DNA of 64,000 nucleotides, from contig JASHPU010000014.1 of the NCBI GenBank assembly GCA_030037885.1, forward strand, positions 15,986-79,985, read 5' to 3'. Source of the stretch: Xanthobacteraceae bacterium (GTDB lineage Bacteria > Pseudomonadota > Alphaproteobacteria > Rhizobiales > Xanthobacteraceae). The position numbers were made by a program, and so were the translations under genes. The notes below the pieces were generated by a model. The model did no database searches, had not been told where the DNA came from, and was given only the letters and a program-made list of their open reading frames with translations. Positions 20,786 through 28,479 of the stretch are shown piece by piece (the stretch's first letter is position 1; every line of letters begins with the position of its first letter).

Positions 20786-21742
20786 TCACGCCGCGCGTTC
20801 AGCCAGGCGTTGGGCGGGAACCGTTTTGACGTCCCAAACAAGCCCCAATGCCTGAAGCAGCCGGATCAGGTAGTACCCCGGGTCGACGCGATACCAGGTG
20901 AGAGCAAATGAAGCAGAATGCGGGAAAGCATGATGGTTGTGATGCCAGCCCTCGCCCCAGGAGAACAGCGCAAGAAGCCCGCTATTGCCGCTGTGGTCGC
21001 GGCACTTGTAGGGCTTGGAGCCCCAGATGTGCAGGAACGAGTTGAGACTCCACATCGCGTTCGAGACCACAAACATGCGCACGGCGCCGCCCCACAGGAA
21101 ACCGTTGAGAGCGCCGATCCACGTCCCGGTGATAAGCGCGGCGGCGGCGGTTGGGATTACAAGCCCCAACACGATCCACGTCATGTAATGACGGCTGATC
21201 CAGAGCAACCTGTAGTCGGACATGAGTTCGGGAGTATAGTAATTCACGTTGGGATACTCATGACCCATCATCCAGGTAAAATGCGCATGGACGAAGCCGC
21301 GAAGGCGAGCCGATCGCGTTTCGCCGTGGAGATTGGGCGAATGCATATCGCCCGGCTTGTCGGAGCATTCGTGATGCCGGCGATGCATCGCAGTCCAGGA
21401 GATCAGCGAGCCCAGTCCCGCCATCGACCCGGCAATCGCCAGAGCAGCGCGGACAGCAGGATGAGCCTTGAAGCTGGCATGGGCAAAAAGACGGTGATAG
21501 CCCAAAGTCTGACCGACGCTCGTGATCGACCACATGATGAGGAAGATGGCGAAGACCGGCCAGCCGAGCGGGTACCAGAACAGCAACGCAATCGCTACTG
21601 CGGTGCCGATCGGCGGCAGGACGGTGAAGAGAAGAAAATGCCGTATCTGGATGCGGCGAAGAAAGTCGCTCTGGATCGCCTTCTTGCCTCGCCGCCCGTC
21701 GGGCGTCTCGTAGTACCGACTGTCTATCGATTCTAGGTACAT
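20786..21742 (-). CDS. Membrane-bound acyl desaturase (stearoyl-CoA/Delta9-like, three His boxes)
   Basis: His boxes HRLFAH, HRRHH and HNHHAF with intervening TM segments. Confidence 0.85.
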   Translation of the reverse strand: MYLESIDSRYYETPDGRRGKKAIQSDFLRRIQIRHFLLFTVLPPIGTAVAIALLFWYPLGWPVFAIFLIMWSITSVGQTLGYHRLFAHASFKAHPAVRAALAIAGSMAGLGSLISWTAMHRRHHECSDKPGDMHSPNLHGETRSARLRGFVHAHFTWMMGHEYPNVNYYTPELMSDYRLLWISRHYMTWIVLGLVIPTAAAALITGTWIGALNGFLWGGAVRMFVVSNAMWSLNSFLHIWGSKPYKCRDHSGNSGLLALFSWGEGWHHNHHAFPHSASFALTWYRVDPGYYLIRLLQALGLVWDVKTVPAQRLAERAA

Positions 21743-21794
21743 GGATCAGGCTCCTAAGCATCATGATCGCGTTGCGGTTGCCGGGCAGACGGCG

Positions 21795-22856
21795 TCACTC
21801 CGCCGCACGGGACACTGCCGACGCCTCCTCCGACCAACGCTTGACGAGCGCGACATGAATTGCGCGTTCTCCGGCGAAGGCGTTGCGACCATGACTGAAC
21901 AAGACGTTGTCCAGCAGCAGCACGTCGCCACGGACCCAGCGATGCGGCACGGCAAAGCGGCGGTGCAGATCGTAGAGATACAGCGCATCCTCCCGGCTGA
22001 CCTCGGTCCCATCGCCATGGAAGACGCGGTCAACGAGGTGCGGTGCCTCGGTAAGCGCGCGCTCAATCGCCTGCGCCTCAGCCACACGTCCATCGTCGCG
22101 CGCCCATTGCAGGGTACAGTGGGGCGAGAAAATGTGGACCTGGTTGAACCAGACTTCTTCGCCGGTTATGGGGTGACGCGTCGTAACCGGTCGAACCTCC
22201 TGCCAAAGCTGCACGGAATCGTCGTCGAGCCAGCTCACGCGCCACTTGCGCGCATCGGCTATGCGCTGCACTTCGGAACGCTCTTTGACGCCGAATGCCT
22301 CGGGCCACGACTTCGCCACGCCGGGTTTTTTATGCACGCTCTCCGGGCTCGGCAACGTTCGCCGCAATTGAACGCCGCCCTTGCTGATGAAACGCTCGCG
22401 CACCGCCGGATCCAACGCGCGCGTCAGGCGACGCATATCGCCCGTCGTCGTCTCGCCGCCTTGTGTCGTCGGCGCCGCGCCGAAGAAAGCGATCTTGGCC
22501 GGAAAATCGTCCGTGTAAGACATTTCCTGATGGAGCGGGATGGAAAACGTCGGCGGCAGCTCCGTCGCCGTCATGACCTTGCCGTGGACGGCCCGGCGCG
22601 GCGACGTGCCGCCGATATAATCCATCAGATCGGGCGTCATGGCCTCCATGACAACCGCGAAATCGGCAGCCGTCGCGACCTTGTTGAAGCCACGGATACA
22701 AACGCCACCGCCCTCGAGGAGGGCGCTATCGAGAAGGCGCCGATCCTTCTTCAACCAACTGACGACCTCCGCGACCGAAGCATCCTGCCCGCTCCTGGCC
22801 TGCCAGCAAACCGGTGCGCCCGCCTCGCCCGCTCTCGTCTCCTCAATCTGGATCAT
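21795..22856 (-). CDS. TauD/TfdA-family Fe(II)/2-oxoglutarate dioxygenase (CAS/SyrP-like HxE subtype)
   Basis: Facial-triad candidates LHQEMSY (H-x-E) and LFSHGRNAFAGER. The ATG overlaps the DUF962 stop (ATGA). Confidence 0.8.
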   Translation of the reverse strand: MIQIEETRAGEAGAPVCWQARSGQDASVAEVVSWLKKDRRLLDSALLEGGGVCIRGFNKVATAADFAVVMEAMTPDLMDYIGGTSPRRAVHGKVMTATELPPTFSIPLHQEMSYTDDFPAKIAFFGAAPTTQGGETTTGDMRRLTRALDPAVRERFISKGGVQLRRTLPSPESVHKKPGVAKSWPEAFGVKERSEVQRIADARKWRVSWLDDDSVQLWQEVRPVTTRHPITGEEVWFNQVHIFSPHCTLQWARDDGRVAEAQAIERALTEAPHLVDRVFHGDGTEVSREDALYLYDLHRRFAVPHRWVRGDVLLLDNVLFSHGRNAFAGERAIHVALVKRWSEEASAVSRAAE

Positions 22857-23362
22857 CGTACGCCTCCATCGTGACCTGCCTGGCTGGCGACAAGCGGGCC
22901 AACCACAGTTTGCGGTGCGACCCAGTCACCCGTGTAAAGCGCGATGAAGTAAATTGGACCAACCAAAGATTGAATGCCGTTGCGCGTGAAATTCGGAGCG
23001 TTCTTTTCCCACACCAGATGTCCGAGCAGCTGAATGATCCAGCCGGCGATGCCGGCGAGAACGACAAGCCATACGGGCGTCACCCAACTGACGGCGAGGC
23101 TAGCAATAAGGGCGACAAGGGTGATGGAGCCGAGCTTGAGATCGGTTTTGAGATACCAGATGCCGACAGCGACGAGCGCGACATCCGCCACGGTCAACAT
23201 GCCGTGCGGCAAACCGCCGACCGGGACGAGGTGCAGCCAATCGAGCATCCCTACCGCGTTAAAGAAGATCAGCGGGATTGCGATTTTGTGGGTTAGTTGA
23301 TTGATGGGATTTCGGTGGAAGGTGTCGTATTCCGCGAACAGGACTTTCAGCCTCTCGTTCAT
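22853..23362 (-). CDS. DUF962 / Mpo1-like membrane protein (putative 2-hydroxy-fatty-acid dioxygenase family); first gene of the operon
   Basis: YDTFHRNPINQLTHKIAIP and GHLVWEKNAP His motifs characteristic of DUF962, with 4 TM-like segments. Start chosen at the ATG at 23362. Confidence 0.7.
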   Translation of the reverse strand: MNERLKVLFAEYDTFHRNPINQLTHKIAIPLIFFNAVGMLDWLHLVPVGGLPHGMLTVADVALVAVGIWYLKTDLKLGSITLVALIASLAVSWVTPVWLVVLAGIAGWIIQLLGHLVWEKNAPNFTRNGIQSLVGPIYFIALYTGDWVAPQTVVGPLVASQAGHDGGVR

Positions 23363-23396
23363 GTCGATACTCCCGTTACCAGGCGTCTCGGACGCT

Positions 23397-23536
23397 ATTG
23401 GCCCGCACTTATGTGCCGAGGCGGGCGACGGTCTTGATCGGCAATATGGCCTTATCGGCAATGGCTACTGGCCCGCACTGACAGGCCGGCACGGGCGACA
23501 GTCCTGATCGGCAATATGGTATTATCAGCAATGGCT
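23397..23536. repeat. 70-bp tandem direct repeat x2 in the operon leader
   Basis: Units at 23397-23466 and 23467-23536 align without gaps at 57/70 identical positions (hand alignment). Confidence 0.9.
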
Positions 23537-23548
23537 GATAATACCATA
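23515..23548. promoter_or_regulatory. Perfect 15-bp inverted repeat TATGGTATTATCAGC-AATG-GCTGATAATACCATA (candidate operator)
   Basis: Read directly from the sequence. It lies in an A/T-rich stretch (about 37% G+C over 23521-23590 by hand count), about 150 bp upstream of the first operon gene. Confidence 0.5.
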
Positions 23549-23639
23549 CATACTACTTAATGTCACATACCACCTGTTAGCACATACCACTTGGCGTCGA
23601 GTGAGTCAATCGGCCGAAGATCGATCAGACCTGATATGC

Positions 23640-23790
23640 GGTTGCATCAGGAAGAACGCACGTCTGTTGCGAAGACGACGTTTGATTGGACAGCGGGTCA
23701 CACTCTCCAGCCGGAGTATTCCGCACTTCTATCTGACGCTTGACTGCAATATCGACCGACTGCTGGCCATTCGTGAGGGGGACCGGCCCG
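23640..23790 (+). pseudogene. Relic of a 2-oxoacid dehydrogenase E2 (dihydrolipoamide acyltransferase) catalytic domain
   Basis: The translation contains ...IRKNAR...SIPHFYLTLDCNIDRLLAIREG, matching the conserved E2 segment (R-K-x-I-A-R...Q-T-I-P-H-F-Y-L-x-x-D-x-x-x-D-x-L-L-x-L-R). There are no lipoyl or remaining catalytic regions, and the frame ends after about 79 codons. Confidence 0.6.
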
Positions 23791-23813
23791 GGCCGGGCCG
23801 CCACTACCGCGGC

Positions 23814-24281
23814 TCAGCCTTCGCTGTGACCGCGGGGTAGACTCGTACTTTCCGGCAAGGCGCCACTGGCGCGGGAGAACACCGCATTGGCGCGTACGAT
23901 CCGCTCATCCTTGACCATCAGAAAAGCGTTGGCGAATGCCAGGCGCGATCCGACTTTATGGACATCCACGCGGGCTTCGACCCAGTCGCCGACTTTTGCG
24001 GCTCCGGCAAAATCGGCGCACAGGCTTGCCGTGGTCAGCGCGGCTGGCGGCCGCTGGCTGAAGGCCGCACGGTAGCCGAGCGCGATGTCAATGAGGGTGA
24101 GGAGCAGGCCGCCGTGAGCACTACCACGCGCATTCGCGTGTTTGGGCAGCACGCGCACGCCAACCACAAAGCTGCCATCGGGCTCCTTGCGGTAGTAGAA
24201 TGGGCCGACCGTCTCCAAAAATGGGCTTGAGCGGAACAGGGGTTCGAAACCGGCAGGCGGAGCGGGGTCTTGATCAGCCAT
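23814..24281 (-). CDS. PaaI-family hotdog thioesterase
   Basis: SAHGGLLLTLIDIALG core. GGAGG upstream of the ATG at 24281. Confidence 0.7.
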   Translation of the reverse strand: MADQDPAPPAGFEPLFRSSPFLETVGPFYYRKEPDGSFVVGVRVLPKHANARGSAHGGLLLTLIDIALGYRAAFSQRPPAALTTASLCADFAGAAKVGDWVEARVDVHKVGSRLAFANAFLMVKDERIVRANAVFSRASGALPESTSLPRGHSEG

Positions 24282-24502
24282 GGCGAAGGCCTCCTTCTGG
24301 CCGCCGGTACCTTGTCGCAGGTTTGGATCTGCCACAACCGTCGGCCGCGATGGGTAGAACACCCGCCGGCATTTTCAATCGCTCAGCCGGGTTGAGACGC
24401 TGCATTCCGGCGAGGCGGTCAGCCGCTGCTTCCGAGCAGCCTAAGGGTGCGGATGTCGCCCGCCGTGACGTTCGCAGCGGACGTGCTCGGCGCCATGACG
24501 TC

Positions 24503-26941
24503 TCAGTCGCCGGCCTGCGCCGCCGTCCGGTATGGCCAGCCCCAGTTTTGAATCTCCGGCATGTCTTCGCCGTGCTGATCGATGTAGCGTTTGTGCTCGA
24601 GCAGCTTGTCGCGGAACAGCTGCCTTGCGTGCGCCGCCCGCGATACCAGTCCGGGCACACGTTCGATCACCTCGATCGCCAGGTGAAACCGATCGAGCCG
24701 GTTCAATACCACCATGTCGAATGGCGTGGTCGTGGTGCCTTCTTCGATGTAGCCGTGGACATGAATGTTGCCGTGGTTCTTGCGGTTATAAGTCAGGCGA
24801 TGGATCAGATATGGATAGCCGTGATAAGCGAAAATCACCGGTCGAGCCTCGGTGAACAGGCCGTCAAAATCGGCATCGCTGATGCCGTGCGGATGAGCGC
24901 TCTTGGATTGCAGCGTCATCAGGTCGACGACGTTGACCACCCTGATCGTCAGATCCGGCAGGTGCTGGCGCAAGAGCCCGACCGCGGCGATGGTCTCCAG
25001 GGTCGGAACGTCGCCGGCGCACGCCATCACAACGTCCGGCTCGCGACCGTCTTCGTCATTCGATGCCCAGTTCCAGATGCCGATCCCGGCGTGGCAGTGC
25101 CTCACGGCCGCGTCCATGGACAGCCATTGCGGCGCCGGTTGTTTGCCGGCAACGATCACATTGATACGGTCGTAAGTGCGCAAACAATGGTCCATGATCC
25201 ACAAAAGACAGTTGGCGTCCGGCGGCAGGTAGACCCGCACGATGTCCGCCTTCTTGTTGGTGACGAGGTCGATAAAGCCGGGATCCTGATGACTGAAGCC
25301 GTTGTGGTCCTGCCGCCACACGTGCGATGTGAGCAGATAATTCAGCGATGAAATCGGGCGCCGCCACGGCAGCGTGCGCGCCACTTTCAGCCACTTGGCG
25401 TGCTGATTAAACATCGAATCAACGATGTGGATGAACGCCTCGTAGCAAGAAAACAGGCCATGCCGTCCGGTCAGCAGATAACCTTCGAGCCAACCCTGGC
25501 AGAGATGCTCGCTCAGCACCTCCATGACGCGCCCGTCGCGTGACAGGTGGACGTCGTAGGGCTCAAGGGCCTCCATCCAGGCGCGGTCGGTGACCTCGAA
25601 GACGGCGTCCAGACGATTGGATGACGTTTCGTCGGGACCAACCAGGCGAAAATTTCCAGTTGCCTCATTGACCCGCATGACGTCGCGCAGGAACGCTCCG
25701 ACAATGCGCGTCGCCTCGGCCTGGGTTGCCCCCGGAGACGTGACCGGCACGGCAAACGCACGAAAGTCGGGAAGGCGAAGCTCGCGCCTGAGCAAGCCGC
25801 CGTTGGCGTGCGGGTTCTGCCCCATCCGGCGACTTCCGCCGGGAGCAAGTTCGGCAACGTCTCGCCTGAGCCGACCCGATTGATCGAACAATTCTTCGGG
25901 GCGGTAACTGCGCATCCATTGTTCAAGCTGCCGCAGATGCGCGGGATTTTCGCGGACCGCCGGGATCGGGACTTGATGAGCGCGCCAAAATCCCTCGACC
26001 TTCTTGCCATCCACCTCTTTCGGCCCGGTCCATCCTTTTGGGCTGCGCAGAATGATAACGGGCCAACGCGGTATGGCAGCTCCGGTCGTATTGCCGCTGC
26101 CGCTTCGCGCCTGTGCCTGAATGAGCCTGATGTCGTCGAATGCCTGTTCGAGAACTTCAGCCATGCGCCGGTGCATCGGATCGGGGTCGGATCCGGCAGC
26201 GAGCAGCGGCTCGTAACCGTAAGCGCGAAACAGTTCGACAACCTGCTCATCCGGCAATCGACCGAGGATGGTCGGATTGGCGATCTTGTAACCGTTGAGA
26301 TGGACGATCGGCAGCACCGCGCCGTCCGACGTCGGGTTCAGGAACGCATTGCAGTGCCAAGAGGCGGCGAGCGGCCCGGTCTCCGCTTCGCCGTCGCCCA
26401 CCACGCACGCTACGATCAGATCCGGATTGTCGAAGGCGGCGCCGTAGGCGTGAGCAAGCGAATAGCCGAGCTCGCCCCCTTCGTGGATGGAGCCGGGCGT
26501 CTCGGGGGCGGCGTGGCTTGGCACTCCGCCAGGAAAAGAGAACTGGCGGAACAGTCGCCGCATCCCGGGAGCGTCCTGCGTGATCTCGGGGTAGATTTCG
26601 CTGTAGGTTCCCTCCAGATAGGTGTTGGCCACCACGGCGGGCCCGCCGTGGCCGGGACCGCAAACAAAGATGACGTTGAGATCGCGGGATTTGATGATCC
26701 GGTTGAGGTGCACGTAGATGAAGTTCAGCCCGGGGCTGGTGCCCCAGTGCCCAAGCAGACGCGGCTTGATATGCTCCGGCCGCAGCGGCTCGCGCAGCAG
26801 CGGATTGTCCAAAAGATAGATTTGGCCGGCGGACAAATAGTTTGCCGCGCGCCAATAGGCGTCGACCCGACGCAACTCCTGCTCGTCGAGGATGTCCGGT
26901 CCGCGTCGCTCAGCTACGGCATCCTCAACGGCGATACTCAT
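24503..26941 (-). CDS. xfp: Xylulose-5-phosphate/fructose-6-phosphate phosphoketolase
   Basis: 812 aa. N-terminus ...[21 protein letters not shown]...[18 protein letters not shown], and the TPP motif GDGEAETGP. Confidence 0.92.
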   Translation of the reverse strand: MSIAVEDAVAERRGPDILDEQELRRVDAYWRAANYLSAGQIYLLDNPLLREPLRPEHIKPRLLGHWGTSPGLNFIYVHLNRIIKSRDLNVIFVCGPGHGGPAVVANTYLEGTYSEIYPEITQDAPGMRRLFRQFSFPGGVPSHAAPETPGSIHEGGELGYSLAHAYGAAFDNPDLIVACVVGDGEAETGPLAASWHCNAFLNPTSDGAVLPIVHLNGYKIANPTILGRLPDEQVVELFRAYGYEPLLAAGSDPDPMHRRMAEVLEQAFDDIRLIQAQARSGSGNTTGAAIPRWPVIILRSPKGWTGPKEVDGKKVEGFWRAHQVPIPAVRENPAHLRQLEQWMRSYRPEELFDQSGRLRRDVAELAPGGSRRMGQNPHANGGLLRRELRLPDFRAFAVPVTSPGATQAEATRIVGAFLRDVMRVNEATGNFRLVGPDETSSNRLDAVFEVTDRAWMEALEPYDVHLSRDGRVMEVLSEHLCQGWLEGYLLTGRHGLFSCYEAFIHIVDSMFNQHAKWLKVARTLPWRRPISSLNYLLTSHVWRQDHNGFSHQDPGFIDLVTNKKADIVRVYLPPDANCLLWIMDHCLRTYDRINVIVAGKQPAPQWLSMDAAVRHCHAGIGIWNWASNDEDGREPDVVMACAGDVPTLETIAAVGLLRQHLPDLTIRVVNVVDLMTLQSKSAHPHGISDADFDGLFTEARPVIFAYHGYPYLIHRLTYNRKNHGNIHVHGYIEEGTTTTPFDMVVLNRLDRFHLAIEVIERVPGLVSRAAHARQLFRDKLLEHKRYIDQHGEDMPEIQNWGWPYRTAAQAGD

Positions 26942-26946
26942 CGCGC

Positions 26947-26989
26947 ACCCTTGGCCTACCCTTGGCCTACCCTTGGCCTACCCTTGCCT
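26947..26989. repeat. 11-bp tandem repeat ACCCTTGGCCT x3 plus one imperfect copy, in the xfp 5' leader
   Basis: Read directly from the sequence. On the xfp strand it reads AGGCCAAGGGT x3, ending 5 nt before the ATG. Confidence 0.9.
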
Positions 26990-27213
26990 GACCGTCACCG
27001 AAACGCGAATTCCCATTGGCCAGGTCTGAAATTCATCGGCGCCGGATTGCTCCGGCAGCTTGGTCTGCCGGTAACAAGGAACCACCGATGTGCGCCGCGG
27101 GTTCCACTATCGAGGCGGTCGGCCTTCCGCAGCCCGTAAGCCGCAGTGTGGTGGCCTCGGCCACGCGGCCATAAGTACCGATTGACGGCGCCAACGAGGG
27201 ACTTGCCGACGCC

Positions 27214-28479
27214 ATGACCATCACGGCGGCAGTATCCGACGCCATAGACCCGGCGCCTGCCAGCACGAGTCTGAGGGGCCTCGACTGGATCAATTTTTTC
27301 CTCGCGGGCATGCAGGCGGGGTTCGGCCCGTTTGTCGCCGTACTCCTGGCTGATGCGAAATGGACCCAGCAGAACATCGGATTCGTGCTGAGCGTTGGCG
27401 GCCTCGCTGGTCTGCTCAGTCAACTGCCCGGCGGTGAATTGCTCGACCTCAGCCGGTCCAAGCGGCTTCTGCTCGCGCTTGGCGCCATCATGGTCGCGGT
27501 CAGTGCGTTCATGATGGCGCTTTGGCCGATCCTTCCAGTCGTCTTTACGGCCTCGGTGGTCCAAGGCTTGACCGGCAGCGTCCTCGGACCGGCTATTGCA
27601 GCGATAAGCCTGGGCCTTGTTGGCCACGCGGCTCTTGCCGAAAGGCTAGGACGCAATCAACGCTTCGCCTCAGTGGGAGCCCTGCTTGTTACGGCATTGA
27701 TGGGCGCTATTGGCTATTTTTTCTCGTATCGGGCGATATTTTTCGTGTCGGCTGCACTGGCGTTGCCGCTGCTTGCAGCTCTGGGACGCGTCCATTCCAC
27801 TGATATCCACTTCGGCCGCGCTTGTGGGCAACCCGCTCACCACGCAGCCACGCCGCCGCCACGAGCGCGGCGCATGAGCCTTTTTAAGAACCACGGGTTG
27901 CTGACCTTTGCCGCCTGCTTGTTCTTGTTCCAATTCGCCAACGCGTCGGTATTGCCGCTCGCGGGTGAGCAATTGGCATACCGCAACGGAACACACGCTT
28001 CGTTCATCATCTCGGCGCTGATCATCCTGCCCCAGATCGTCGTCGCGCTGGGTGCTCCCTGGGTCGGGCAGGAGGCGCAGAACCGGGGTCGCCGGCCGTT
28101 GCTTTTGATCGGCTTTACTGCGTTGTCGCTTCGCGCGCTGCTGTTCGCCGCGATCACCAGTCCGCCTTTGCTGATCTGCGTTCAAGTGCTTGACGGCGTC
28201 AGCGGTAGCGTCTTGGGTGTGCTGACCGCTTTGGTCATTGCCGATCTCACGAACCAAACCGGCAGATTCAATTTGGCCCAAGGTTTTGTCGGCATGATCT
28301 CGGGCGTTGGCGCGCTGCTCAGCACCACATTCTTTGGCCTCATCGTTGGAAATTTCGGTAACGCCGTTGGATTCATCGGCATTGCCGCAGTGGCGTTCTT
28401 TGCAGCGCTTCTTGCCTGGTTGCTGATGCCGGAAACGAAACCGTCGAGCGGGAAAAAAGAGCCGTTGAGGAGCACATAA
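27214..28479 (+). CDS. MFS transporter
   Basis: 12 predicted TM helices and MFS-like loop motifs. The stop overlaps the next start (TAATG). Confidence 0.75.
   Translation: MTITAAVSDAIDPAPASTSLRGLDWINFFLAGMQAGFGPFVAVLLADAKWTQQNIGFVLSVGGLAGLLSQLPGGELLDLSRSKRLLLALGAIMVAVSAFMMALWPILPVVFTASVVQGLTGSVLGPAIAAISLGLVGHAALAERLGRNQRFASVGALLVTALMGAIGYFFSYRAIFFVSAALALPLLAALGRVHSTDIHFGRACGQPAHHAATPPPRARRMSLFKNHGLLTFAACLFLFQFANASVLPLAGEQLAYRNGTHASFIISALIILPQIVVALGAPWVGQEAQNRGRRPLLLIGFTALSLRALLFAAITSPPLLICVQVLDGVSGSVLGVLTALVIADLTNQTGRFNLAQGFVGMISGVGALLSTTFFGLIVGNFGNAVGFIGIAAVAFFAALLAWLLMPETKPSSGKKEPLRST

Noticed and set aside
14983-22856. Isonitrile-lipid (ScoA-E / Rv0096-0101-like) pathway, suggested by the co-occurrence of FAAL, ACP, a hotdog thioesterase and a TauD-family oxygenase.
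   Set aside because: The TauD-like protein shows an H-x-E facial triad (LHQEMSY), like CAS/SyrP/AsnO-type hydroxylases. As far as I recall, the isonitrile-forming ScoE/Rv0097 group has an H-x-D triad. The hotdog protein looks like an ordinary PaaI thioesterase, and there is no NRPS. The idea remains testable by phylogeny but is not supported by what I can see.
23397-23590. Possible CRISPR array or mobile-element terminal repeats in the operon leader. The same question applies to the 11-mer repeats at 26947-26989.
   Set aside because: There are only two adjacent 70-bp units with no intervening unique spacers. The 11-mers are directly tandem. No cas genes, transposase or integrase lie anywhere in the window. 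These are better described as tandem duplications or regulatory repeats.
23601-23840. 79-codon ORF as a functional small gene.
   Set aside because: Its only recognisable content is a short internal piece of an E2 acyltransferase catalytic domain. It is too short to fold as that domain, it overlaps the end of the convergent PaaI gene, and it has no obvious RBS. I treat it as a gene relic.
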